This document shows, piece after piece, positions 10,001-17,701 of a stretch of 25,572 bases of DNA. A model generated the notes under the pieces. That model was not told the origin of the DNA and did no database searches. It was given only the letters and a program-made list of their open reading frames with translations. Both the position numbers and the translations under genes were made by a program. Source of the stretch: a virus (lineage: Duplodnaviria > Caudoviricetes); the IMG/VR virus record IMGVR_UViG_3300048577_000414, positions 1 through 25,572 of that record, one strand, 5' to 3'. The stretch's first letter is position 1. The number at the start of each line of letters is the position of its first letter.

Positions 10001-10363
10001 GCCGGGATCATGGTCGATCGGATCGAGAGCGCGCTCGGCTGGCCCGGCGAGATCGAGCTGGCGATCGTCTCCGGCGGTGAACTGCTCGGCGGGGTGACGC
10101 TGCCGTCGTCGCTCGGCTACACGCTGCCGCCGATCGACCTCGGGTCGGACCTCGCGGTGACCGTCGCGTGCCGGACCTATGGCGTCGACGGTGCGGTGAC
10201 GGTGACCATGACGACCGGGCTCGACGCCGATGGCGAGCCGGTCGGCTCGGCGCGGGCGCTCGGCGACGTCACCGCGCGCTACATCTCGATCAACCTTCTC
10301 GTCGTCAACTCGTCCGGCCGAGGCCGGCTCGGCGACGTCGTCACCCTGGTGACCACGTCATGA
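7022..10363 (+). CDS. Tail tip / host specificity protein J (TipJ) with N-terminal gpI-like segment and C-terminal FN3-like domains
   Basis: 1113 aa. Shows W.RVRP.PG followed by a hydrophobic gpI-like stretch, YSIQGWRNQ..P.GPIP..LG, IRIKAT.QLNG.VD and DGRRWSVVID.P, then Thr/Ser beta-rich repeats. Confidence 0.9.
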   Translation: MPDRIPTTTATYLPVPTATIERRDVVCRAGLTLSEIVDQTVPRMPEAERQRLRVVLVTPLGAEVIPAENWHRVRPRPGVRVVIRTVPGSNVWRTVLMIVVVIAAVALGQLWGAALGQALGISTAAATSLITMGVTAIGMLLINALIPPTKRKTSDDKEFGGYSIQGWRNQSNPDGPIPAPLGRMRMAPYYAAPPYIEIVGDIQYLRAVFVWGYGPGALSDFKFGDTPISAYSDVEIEHRYGWPGDAQLTLYTQQVIEEGLSVDLTRAWARNPDGSYSGGGTIEKPEMRFTATDVTEASVIVGMPSGLYSLADNGDRNNAQVNVRIRQRPITGGAWSEVVTLQIVAAKSVPFWRQHRWTLPWRGTWEIELTRTTDESKSSRVSDRVVWQALQSYRPEYPIAFEHPLVLTAIRIKATYQLNGQVDNFTGIFSRVAADWDVASASWITRETRSPAAALRWILQGPAATYPVADAEIDLEALAEWSAWCASKGLRYDRVHDAEESLADALSLAAAAGRAHPRHDGRRWSVVIDRPATLVVDHINPRNSRDFQWTRAYPKRPDGFRIKFADSSNDWKTSERVVPWPGHTGDVVVTEQLDLGGKCDPAEIWIEARRRQYEIDLRPDTFRVTQDGATRVATRGDLVAVSQDVLQRTQVAARVKALVDDLVVLDDRVETTTGIGYAIRFRVVTAGDTIGTSVVRNVESVDANDRAVRLLGTGPEPQIDDIVHFGPRASESLLAFVRGEERGEDGAVVYHLVAAAPEIDELTDAEVAPAWDGRAGTTYTGGGSTPAPTTPLISSIQTGASGTGDTDGLAIHLEPGAGSAAVIARFEIDHRLSGASTWTTRSVSAAAGGASISGYLWGATVELRARAVSIYAVAGPYTATVSTTIGSADTVVPDMTTLSAERLSNGSRRYAFEIPTSMTSTLIGARLRVRPGTGWTWSELAPLHSGYLTGSPWETSEPIGEGTYTISAVAVDSTGSESRHPLLITTTLGPSVAAGIMVDRIESALGWPGEIELAIVSGGELLGGVTLPSSLGYTLPPIDLGSDLAVTVACRTYGVDGAVTVTMTTGLDADGEPVGSARALGDVTARYISINLLVVNSSGRGRLGDVVTLVTTS

Positions 10364-12924
10364 GCGAGACCGACGGGATCAAGACGCCCGACTTGCCGGA
10401 GGCCGTCGCGGTCGACGATCTGATCGGCAACTTCACCTTCGACGAAGTGCGCAACACTGTCCGGATCTCGATCCCGGCGCTGGCGCGGCTCTTGTCGGCG
10501 ACCACGACGATTGCCGGCGTCGGCGTCGACCCGCGCAGCTATGGCGCCACGAACGACGGTGTGAGCGGCGGGCAGGCATCCTATTGGGCGCTCGCCGCGG
10601 CCGACGCGATCGCCCAGTCGAGGCCGCTGGTTTCCGCCGGCGTCTGCCTCGCCGACCAGACGATCCAGCTCGGGCAGATCCGCGTCGTCGACTTGCCCTT
10701 TTTCACGTTCCGCGAACCCGCCGGCGGCCGCGACGGTGTCCTGGTCGATCTCGACTGCACCGGCCTGACCTCGTCGGCGTCACGCAAGAGCGAGATCTGT
10801 GCGCTCGGGATCAACGTCGGCCCGAACTCGGCGCTCGGTCAGTACGATTTTCAGGGGCCGCAGTCACAGGCGACCGGGTTCCGCCTCGTCTCCGACAACG
10901 GCGGCAACAGCTATCGGCGGTTCTGGGGAAACCGGCTCAAGTGCGTGCTGCTGCTGGTCGGGAACTCGGAGAAGAACGAGTATTTCGTTCACGGGATCTA
11001 CAACGAGACGCTGGTCCGGCTCGACACCACGCTCGGTTCGCCCGACACCGTCGTGCTGCACCTCAACGGCACCAACAACAAACGGGCCTATTGGCCCGAC
11101 GACGGCGACACCTCGGTCCGCCTGATCCTCAACACCGAGGGCCGGATCGACGACGGCGCGGTGCAGCCCTGCTATTGGGACGCCGGCGCGACGACACGGC
11201 CGGTCGCCTATATCGAGGCTCGAAACGGCAAGCACTTCTCGATCGAGGGCAAGCACCGCGCCCACAACGGCCGGCTCTGGGCAACCGACGATCGCGCCTA
11301 CGAGGACGGCGCCGACACCGTCAACTGGGCGATCATCATCATCCACGACTACGGGACGGTCTATTCGAACTATCGGGTCCAGCGGCTGACCGGATGGCTC
11401 GACATCTCCGATTCCGACGACGGGCGCGCCAACTTCGCCGACGTGAGCGAGCCTCCGTCGCTCCCCTGCGCTGCCGTCCATCTGCGCCAGGTCTGGGACG
11501 CGTCGGACTGGCGCCTGCACGTCTCCAAGGTCCGCAACCGCGAAGCCATCCGGTGGGGCGACGCCGCGACGCCGACGCTGCTGTCCCGCGGCGCCCACAT
11601 GGGGCACTACACCGGCGAGATGGGATCGCGGGCGGCGATCGCCTTCAACCCGACGCGCGGGATCTATCCGGTCGGCTCCGTCTATCTCCACATCGAACGC
11701 GCCGAGCGCTGTTTCGCGGTGCTGTCGATCCTCGGCGATATCGTCGCGGACGCCGGCAGCATCGACAATCGGCTCGAGATGGAGAACGGACTGACCTGGA
11801 TTCGGGCCGGGCACCGCGCGACCGCGGCCGACGGGAGCACCCTGCCGGCGGGTCGGCTGAGCCTGCGGCTGCACGGCCGCGGGTCGATCGACGACGTGTT
11901 CTGGCGCGCGTGGGTGTTCGACGGCCTGTCGGTCGAGGCACTGGCTGAGCTGGGCGGGCCGAGCGAGCGGATCGACGGCCGTTGGACGATGCCGGGAAAA
12001 CCCATCACCACGCTCGCGCAGCTCCGCTCGGCGAGCCACTGGCTCAACTCCGAGGTCAAGCGGCTGGGCGCATCGGTCTGGTACGGCGGCAAGCCCATTT
12101 TCGCGTCCGGCCCGGCTCCGTCGGATGCCTGGGTCGACGCCGCCGGCGACGACGTCGTCGCCTCCGCCGAGATCGTCGAGGAGGCGCGGACGAGCGCTTT
12201 CGCGGCGCGGGTGACGGCCGCCGGCTCGTCGCTGACCGGCACGTTGAGACGCGCCTACGACCGGATGATGTTCGATCTGACCGAGGCGAGCCTGTGGGAT
12301 CGGCTGATCCTGCTCGACGTACTCGCGGCCCAGGATCGCGCCTCCGCGCGGCTCAATCTGGTGACCGGCCTGTCGGCCGCCTACGACCTGACCGAGGTCA
12401 ACAGCCCAACGTTCCTGCCGTTCGTCGGATACCAGGGCAACGGCGTCTCCTCCTACCTCGCCACCGGCTACAACCCGACGGCGGCGAGCGAAGGGATGGC
12501 GACCAACGACATGCACATCGGGCTCTGGGTCGCCCGGGCCGGCACCTCAGGCGGCATGGATGCCGGTACGCGCGACAACAACCGGCTGCGGATCCAATCG
12601 ACCGATGACGGTCTCGCCTATTCGACCAGCGATTCCGGCGTCGTCACGGCCTCCGGCACCGGTGGCGCGCCCCACCACATCGTCGCGACGCGGTCACCGA
12701 GCCCGGTCGGTGGTCGAGCCTATCGCAACGGCCTTCTGGTCGCCCAGGACGCCCTGTCGCCCTCGTTGTTCATGCCGACCACGATCGACCTGCTGCGGCA
12801 GCGGGATTCCTACTCGCTCAAGACGATTTCGATCGCCCATGTCGGGCGCGGGCTGACTGCCGATCAGGTGGCCGCACTCCACCGGATCTTCGCCAAGTTC
12901 CTTCAACAGGTGCAGGTGGATTGA
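10360..12924 (+). CDS. Tail fibre / tailspike (putative beta-helix core plus C-terminal lectin/LamG-like module)
   Basis: ATGA-coupled to TipJ. VDPRSYGATNDG resembles the beta-helix cap motif of tailspikes. The C-terminal LWDRL...ARLNL...NSPTF....GYQGNG.SSYL.TG module is typical of phage fibre lectin domains. Confidence 0.75.
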   Translation: MSETDGIKTPDLPEAVAVDDLIGNFTFDEVRNTVRISIPALARLLSATTTIAGVGVDPRSYGATNDGVSGGQASYWALAAADAIAQSRPLVSAGVCLADQTIQLGQIRVVDLPFFTFREPAGGRDGVLVDLDCTGLTSSASRKSEICALGINVGPNSALGQYDFQGPQSQATGFRLVSDNGGNSYRRFWGNRLKCVLLLVGNSEKNEYFVHGIYNETLVRLDTTLGSPDTVVLHLNGTNNKRAYWPDDGDTSVRLILNTEGRIDDGAVQPCYWDAGATTRPVAYIEARNGKHFSIEGKHRAHNGRLWATDDRAYEDGADTVNWAIIIIHDYGTVYSNYRVQRLTGWLDISDSDDGRANFADVSEPPSLPCAAVHLRQVWDASDWRLHVSKVRNREAIRWGDAATPTLLSRGAHMGHYTGEMGSRAAIAFNPTRGIYPVGSVYLHIERAERCFAVLSILGDIVADAGSIDNRLEMENGLTWIRAGHRATAADGSTLPAGRLSLRLHGRGSIDDVFWRAWVFDGLSVEALAELGGPSERIDGRWTMPGKPITTLAQLRSASHWLNSEVKRLGASVWYGGKPIFASGPAPSDAWVDAAGDDVVASAEIVEEARTSAFAARVTAAGSSLTGTLRRAYDRMMFDLTEASLWDRLILLDVLAAQDRASARLNLVTGLSAAYDLTEVNSPTFLPFVGYQGNGVSSYLATGYNPTAASEGMATNDMHIGLWVARAGTSGGMDAGTRDNNRLRIQSTDDGLAYSTSDSGVVTASGTGGAPHHIVATRSPSPVGGRAYRNGLLVAQDALSPSLFMPTTIDLLRQRDSYSLKTISIAHVGRGLTADQVAALHRIFAKFLQQVQVD

Positions 12925-12926
12925 CC

Positions 12927-13271
12927 ATGTACGACCCCTCGAAAGATCGCCTCCCGCGCGCCACGCCGCGCACCGAATCGCCGATCAGCGACGGCTACCA
13001 GGTGACTGCAGCGATGGTCTCCGACAGCGCGGACCTGCCCACCTATGCGCAGAGCCTGCGGGTCTGGAACGGCACTAACGGCACGATCCGCCTCCGGGTG
13101 ACGCTGATGCGGACCGAGGACGACACGTCGGCGGGGGCGGTGGCGATCGATTGCCCGCCGGGCATCTCCTGGGAGCCGGTGCGGGTTCGGCGGATCTGGT
13201 CGGCCGGCTCGACCGGTCTCGTCGCCGCGCTCGGTGCCGGCACCGCGTCCGTCGTCGCCGGCACGCTCTGA
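12927..13271 (+). CDS. Head-spike base protein (RcGTA Rcc01079-like)
   Basis: DP...SP.....VT...SD..DLP....L.V.....G...V......V......PG...PVRVRRIW..G.T pattern matches my recollection of that family. AGGTGGA SD. Confidence 0.65.
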   Translation: MYDPSKDRLPRATPRTESPISDGYQVTAAMVSDSADLPTYAQSLRVWNGTNGTIRLRVTLMRTEDDTSAGAVAIDCPPGISWEPVRVRRIWSAGSTGLVAALGAGTASVVAGTL

Positions 13272-13281
13272 GGAGGCCTCC

Positions 13282-15198
13282 ATGGTCGGCAAGGGGATCG
13301 GTCGCGGGGTCGGCAAGATCGCGATGGGATGGCGCGGGGCGGGGGCGTCGGTGATCGCCGCTCCGGTCCTCGCCGGCGTGATCACTCTGCTCGGTGTCGC
13401 TCAGATCGGTGGGGCGCTCACATGCCCGACGGGCGACTGGAGCGGCTCACCGACCGGCTACGACTACCAATGGCGATGGGCCGATACCAACGAGGTGATC
13501 GCAGGCGCGACCTCGTCGACGTTCACGGTCCGCGCCGTCGACCTCGATCATACCCTCGCCTGTACGGTGTCGGCGACCAACGCCGGCGGCACGACCTCGG
13601 TTCGATCCGCGGCGACCGACCCGGCGCGCCTGGCGCTCTACAGCAACATCGTCTTCTACGGCGACGGTGTCTCGTCGGAGGGCGCGTGTCCGGGTGTTCG
13701 GAATTGGCCGTCCTGGGCGTTGCTGTTCCTCGGCGGCCGCGTGTTGCCCTCGGGCGCATGGATGCAGGCGAAATCGGGTGGGGATCTGACCACGATCACC
13801 GCCCGGATGCACTGTGCGACCGATCAGGCACCCGACATCTTCGTCGTCACCTCGGCCGGCCACAACGACGGTCTGGTATCCTCCTCCTACGCGACCTATC
13901 TGCCGGCATGGACCGCGATCGTCGACGGCGTGATCGCCGCGTTGCCGTCCTGGGCGGTGATCGTGGTGATGCTGACCCTGCCGTCCGGCGTGGTCGCGGA
14001 AGCCACCGGAGGCGACTGGCGGGCGACGCTGAGAGCCGCTCAGACCGCCATCGTCCAGGACCGAAGAGCGACCCATGGCAACCGGATCATCCTCTTCGAT
14101 CCCTATGCCGCTCAGGGAGGATTCGGTCCCTACGACTACACGACCCATGCGAACGCGTCGGACGGCAACGTTCATCTGAACGCAGCCGGCGGCTACACCG
14201 TCGGGCGGATGTTCGCGTCCCTGATGACCGATCGTGTCGTCGCCGCTTCGAAGGATGCGGTGCTCGCCGACGTCTCCGCATCGGCCCGGCGGGGAGCCAA
14301 TGTCTACGGCGCTTGGAACCTGACCGGGACCGCCGGTGCCAAGTCGGGGACGGTCGCACCGACCGGAAACGTCGCGACGACCCACACGCTGACCAACAAC
14401 CTCGCGAACGGGACGAGCGTTGCCGTCGTCGCGGCGAAGATCGCGCAGTCGGGGTTCGAGCAGCAGCAGATCGACGTCTCCGGTACGCCGGCGGCGACGA
14501 ACACCGTGAAGTTCGCGCGCTCGTCGAACGCCACTCTCACCGGCGCGACGCCCGGCAAGTATTTCGCGTTCATGACCGGCCTCCGGATCGACGACGGTGC
14601 CGGCGGAGCGGCGGTCGGGCCGACGAATTTCGGGCTCACCTTCGGGTCGATGGGCAACCTGTTCTCGACCGCCGACCTCGGGGCCTGGGGGCTCGCCGCG
14701 GTTCCGGCGGCGATCGACACGGTGGCGGTCTGCCCGGGCAAGGCGATGTTCGGCAACGACCAGACGGCGATCGCACCGGCTGCCGAGTTCCGGTTCGGCG
14801 TGGCGTCGAGCGACACCGAGGTGGTGCTGGATCGTTGGCAGGTGTTCGAGCTCGAAACACTGGCTCGCCGGATTCCGAGCTACATCGGGGACGACACCAT
14901 CGTCGGCACCAATTTCCAGTGCCGGATCACGGGCACCGGTGTGACCATGACGGCCGGCAGTCTGACCGGCACGGTCTCTGCCGCGACCGCCGCGACCTTG
15001 AGGGCGGAGCCCGGGAACTGGGCCGGCGGGGGTCTGTCGTTCGCAGCCGGATGGAAGCGCAATGGCACGACGGTGTCCTCGGCATGGACCTACGCGGCGA
15101 GCGGTGCCCTCACCGCGGGCGACACCCTGACCATCGATTTCGTCGTCGGCAACACGTTCGGAACGACCACTCGGACGATCACTTTGACGGTGACGTGA
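13282..15198 (+). CDS. Putative head-spike fibre: Gly-rich N-peptide, Ig-like domain, SGNH/GDSL-fold domain, beta-sandwich, Ig-like domain
   Basis: AGGAGG SD. N-terminus MVGKGIGRGVG, then Ig-like LTC.TGDWSGSPT.Y.YQW...GATSST. SGNH blocks IVFYGDG, AKSG, GHND and DGNVHLN. C-terminal PGNW.G......W..NG Ig-like repeat. Confidence 0.7.
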   Translation: MVGKGIGRGVGKIAMGWRGAGASVIAAPVLAGVITLLGVAQIGGALTCPTGDWSGSPTGYDYQWRWADTNEVIAGATSSTFTVRAVDLDHTLACTVSATNAGGTTSVRSAATDPARLALYSNIVFYGDGVSSEGACPGVRNWPSWALLFLGGRVLPSGAWMQAKSGGDLTTITARMHCATDQAPDIFVVTSAGHNDGLVSSSYATYLPAWTAIVDGVIAALPSWAVIVVMLTLPSGVVAEATGGDWRATLRAAQTAIVQDRRATHGNRIILFDPYAAQGGFGPYDYTTHANASDGNVHLNAAGGYTVGRMFASLMTDRVVAASKDAVLADVSASARRGANVYGAWNLTGTAGAKSGTVAPTGNVATTHTLTNNLANGTSVAVVAAKIAQSGFEQQQIDVSGTPAATNTVKFARSSNATLTGATPGKYFAFMTGLRIDDGAGGAAVGPTNFGLTFGSMGNLFSTADLGAWGLAAVPAAIDTVAVCPGKAMFGNDQTAIAPAAEFRFGVASSDTEVVLDRWQVFELETLARRIPSYIGDDTIVGTNFQCRITGTGVTMTAGSLTGTVSAATAATLRAEPGNWAGGGLSFAAGWKRNGTTVSSAWTYAASGALTAGDTLTIDFVVGNTFGTTTRTITLTVT

Positions 15199-15259
15199 TC
15201 GGTCGGGCATGGAGTGGTTCGAAGGGGTCTCGAAGGAGCTTCGGCGACCGCGCTTTTGC

Positions 15260-15301
15260 TGCCATCCGTTCTTGCGCGCCGTGCCATCCGTTTTTGCGCG
15301 C
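15260..15301. repeat. Tandem 20-bp direct repeat TGCCATCCGTT(C/T)TTGCGCGC in the att arm
   Basis: Copies at 15260-15279 and 15282-15301, one mismatch, 22-bp period. Confidence 0.85.
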
Positions 15302-15396
15302 TACAGTCTGGTGACCCGTCGGAGACCCCGGTCCGCACCGATCCCGTCGCCGCCCTGGCGACGAGATCGAAATCTCGCGAACTTCAATGGGATGAC

Positions 15397-15441
15397 TGGA
15401 GCGGGCGATGGGAATCGAACCCACGACATTCAGCTTGGGAA
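15397..15441 (-). mobile_element. Attachment core (attP): 3' half of tRNA-Gly(CCC)
   Basis: Minus strand reads TTCCCAAGCTGAATGTCGTGGGTTCGATTCCCATCGCCCGCTCCA: anticodon loop with CCC, T-loop GTTCGATTC and terminal CCA. There is no 5' half. It lies 24 bp from the integrase stop. Confidence 0.92.
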
Positions 15442-15465
15442 CATTGAATTCTCGTACCACATATC

Positions 15466-16644
15466 CTATTGACGTCGCTTCGCTTTCCCTCTCCCAGACT
15501 TCGCCTGTTCGGGAATATTTCGGGACTTCTCGCGGTCTTCGAACGCCGCGCGGCGAGCTGCTTCGTCGGCCGGTCGCGACGCCATGGCCTCGGCGATGTC
15601 GTCGAGCACGGCATGGGCGTACTTCATCGTGGTGGTGACGTCTGCGTGGCCGAGCATCTGCTGTACCGCCCGGAGGTTCTTCGACGCGCGTAGCGTGCGG
15701 GTGCCGGCGGTGTGCCTCAGATCGTGGATGTGCAGGTCGGTCACACCGGCCCGCGCCACCGTCCGACGGAACGTCGACGCCCACCCCTGCTCGGTGATCG
15801 GGTAGCGCTCGCCGCGCTTCGTCGTCTTGCCGGTCTTCGGGTTCGTCCACGTCTTGGCTGCGACGAAGGTGAACACCCGTGTCTGGTGATGCTCGCGGAG
15901 CGGCCACAGGAGATCGGTGATCTCGGGTGTGATCGGCAGGGTGCGTGGCTTGTCGCCCTTGCCGACGACGCGGATGACGCCGGCCCCCCAATCGACCTGC
16001 GGCCATGTCAGGGTGACGACCTCGCGCCGGCGCAAGCCCGTCGCCTGGGCGAAGAGGCGCGCCTGTCGATAGTCGTCGCGCTCGACGTCCTCGATCGCCG
16101 ACTCCTCGTCGAAGCGCATCTCGCGGACGCGCTCGGTCGGCTCGGCGAGAATGTGGGCGGCATAGTCCGGCTCGGCCGGTAGAGGGCGCTTCCAGACCTT
16201 CCGGGCTCGGGTGAGGATCCGGCGCAGCAGCTCGGTGACGGTGCGGTTCACCGTGCCGACGCTGACCAGACCGAGCTTCGGGCGACCCATGCGGGCGTCG
16301 CCGCGGCGGCGAGCGACCAGCCGCGCGAGCATGTCGTCGTCGACCTCGGTGATCGGTGTCGTCGGTCCGATCCAATCCACCAGCCGTTGGATGTTCTCGA
16401 GCAGGTCGCGCTCCTTCGAGTGCTGGCCGACCTCGATCCAGTAGCGGTCGGCAGCCACGTCGAGCGTCATCTCGGCGCCCGGCCGTTCGGCCGCGGCGCT
16501 CTCCTTCACCCTCTTCTTTTCTGCCCGCTCGACTGCTTCTGCTTCTCGGCGATCAGCGCGGCCCGTCGAGCCGTGAAACCGATGACCGCGGACGACGAAG
16601 TCGAAGTGGTAGAACGGCGAGTTCTTGGGGCGGTAGACGGACAT
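15466..16644 (-). CDS. int: Tyrosine recombinase / phage integrase
   Basis: ATGLRRREV (R), VGKG (K), HDLRHT (H-x-x-R), LGH and TTMKYAH (Y) motifs, plus an N-terminal arm-binding segment. Adjacent to the att core. Confidence 0.97.
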   Translation of the reverse strand: MSVYRPKNSPFYHFDFVVRGHRFHGSTGRADRREAEAVERAEKKRVKESAAAERPGAEMTLDVAADRYWIEVGQHSKERDLLENIQRLVDWIGPTTPITEVDDDMLARLVARRRGDARMGRPKLGLVSVGTVNRTVTELLRRILTRARKVWKRPLPAEPDYAAHILAEPTERVREMRFDEESAIEDVERDDYRQARLFAQATGLRRREVVTLTWPQVDWGAGVIRVVGKGDKPRTLPITPEITDLLWPLREHHQTRVFTFVAAKTWTNPKTGKTTKRGERYPITEQGWASTFRRTVARAGVTDLHIHDLRHTAGTRTLRASKNLRAVQQMLGHADVTTTMKYAHAVLDDIAEAMASRPADEAARRAAFEDREKSRNIPEQAKSGRGKAKRRQ

Positions 16645-16877
16645 TCGCGACGACTCATGCGCTCGAGGAATTCGAGGATGTCGGCGAGGCGGAACTCCCG
16701 CCGCGGCCTCTTCTCTCCGAACCCGATCGACAGATAGCGGATGTTCCCCCTGCGGACATGTCCGCGCAAGGTCTTCTCGTCGAGGCCCAACAACTTGGCC
16801 GTCTCCGGCGCGCCGATCGACACGCGATCGGCGAAGGCGGCGAGCAGCGGCGCGGGGATCGGCTGTGCATCCTGCAT
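16506..16877 (-). CDS. Excisionase-like HTH protein overlapping the int 5' end
   Basis: GAGGAG SD before MQDAQ. ETAKLLGLDEKTLRGHVRRGNI...RREFR..DI.EFLE is an HTH_17/MerR-like pattern. Confidence 0.8.
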   Translation of the reverse strand: MQDAQPIPAPLLAAFADRVSIGAPETAKLLGLDEKTLRGHVRRGNIRYLSIGFGEKRPRREFRLADILEFLERMSRRECPSTAPRTRRSTTSTSSSAVIGFTARRAALIAEKQKQSSGQKRRG

Positions 16878-16881
16878 CGCC

Positions 16882-17289
16882 TCACTCCTCGCATCTCGTC
16901 GCGCCCGGACACCAGTGGCGGCAGCGATCCGCCCAAGCGGCTCGGCCGGGCCTGTAAGGGAGCGCGGCTCCGGCGGCGAGCATCGCCGCGTCGACGTCAT
17001 GGCCGTCGACCGACAGGCGCGCCAGGGTGCGGTGATAGCGATCGACGCCGGTGCGGATGACCTCGACCGGCCTCCGGCGGATCAGGCCGGCGAGCGCCGC
17101 CTTGGCCTCGAGGCCGGCGGTCGCCTCGGCCGGGCAGCGGGCATGCGTGCCGACCTCCGGCGCGTCGATGCCGACGAGGTAGCGCGCCTCGCCGGTCTCG
17201 CTCACGGCATGGCCGCGGACGACGCCCGGGCCGCCGTAGGAGCCGCCGACCTTCTCGACCGGGGTTCCAATAGGGAACAGGTCAACCAT
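16882..17289 (-). CDS. Thermonuclease (SNase)-like protein with non-SNase N-terminus
   Basis: GIDAPE, C..E...G..A..AL, DRYHRTLA and DV...ML..G.A motifs are present. The DGDT motif is absent. Confidence 0.75.
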   Translation of the reverse strand: MVDLFPIGTPVEKVGGSYGGPGVVRGHAVSETGEARYLVGIDAPEVGTHARCPAEATAGLEAKAALAGLIRRRPVEVIRTGVDRYHRTLARLSVDGHDVDAAMLAAGAALPYRPGRAAWADRCRHWCPGATRCEE

Positions 17290-17701
17290 GGGTCGCCTCA
17301 TGGATCTCGTGGACAATTGTGTCGGCTCTCCTCTGCGTCGAGACGATTTTCTTCGCCGCAGCGATACCGTCCTCCTTCACGGGGGCGCCGTTGACGATCC
17401 ACGCAAGGATCATCCCCCATTCACCACCAGAGCAGACCAACCCCAAGACCTCATCAGCCCGTTGCAGCAGGCCGCGAAGGCGGGTGAGTTCGGCATCTCG
17501 CTCCTCTATCGGCTTGACGACTTGGCGGCCGATCGCATCACCGATGCGAGCGGCAGCATCACAGTGGCTGCGATCCTTGCCCCATGTCGTCACCCACTCG
17601 AGGCCCGGTTCACCGACGCGGCGGGCGTAGATGATGACTTGATCGTAGCCGTGATCCTTTCCGATCCGTTCGGCGGCGGCGATGCTGATGCGGTCGTCCA
17701 T
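17282..17701 (-). CDS. Hypothetical phage protein
   Basis: Purine-rich SD before MDDRISI. Its stop overlaps the next start. Codon usage is more AT-rich than the flanks. Confidence 0.65.
   Translation of the reverse strand: MDDRISIAAAERIGKDHGYDQVIIYARRVGEPGLEWVTTWGKDRSHCDAAARIGDAIGRQVVKPIEERDAELTRLRGLLQRADEVLGLVCSGGEWGMILAWIVNGAPVKEDGIAAAKKIVSTQRRADTIVHEIHEATHG

Noticed and set aside
10360-15198. Diversity-generating retroelement or invertible fibre cassette
   Set aside because: No reverse transcriptase, TR/VR pair, invertase or flanking inverted repeats were seen in the window.
15260-15301. Mini-CRISPR array
   Set aside because: Only two copies separated by 2 bp, with no spacers and no cas genes.
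15199-15396. Lysis cassette or small ORFs after the fibre genes
   Set aside because: No holin, endolysin or spanin-like ORF. The short ORFs here cross the att site and lack coding character, so lysis genes must lie elsewhere.
15397-15441. Functional tRNA-Gly gene
   Set aside because: The 5' acceptor strand, D-arm and 5' anticodon stem are absent, so it is an att core only.
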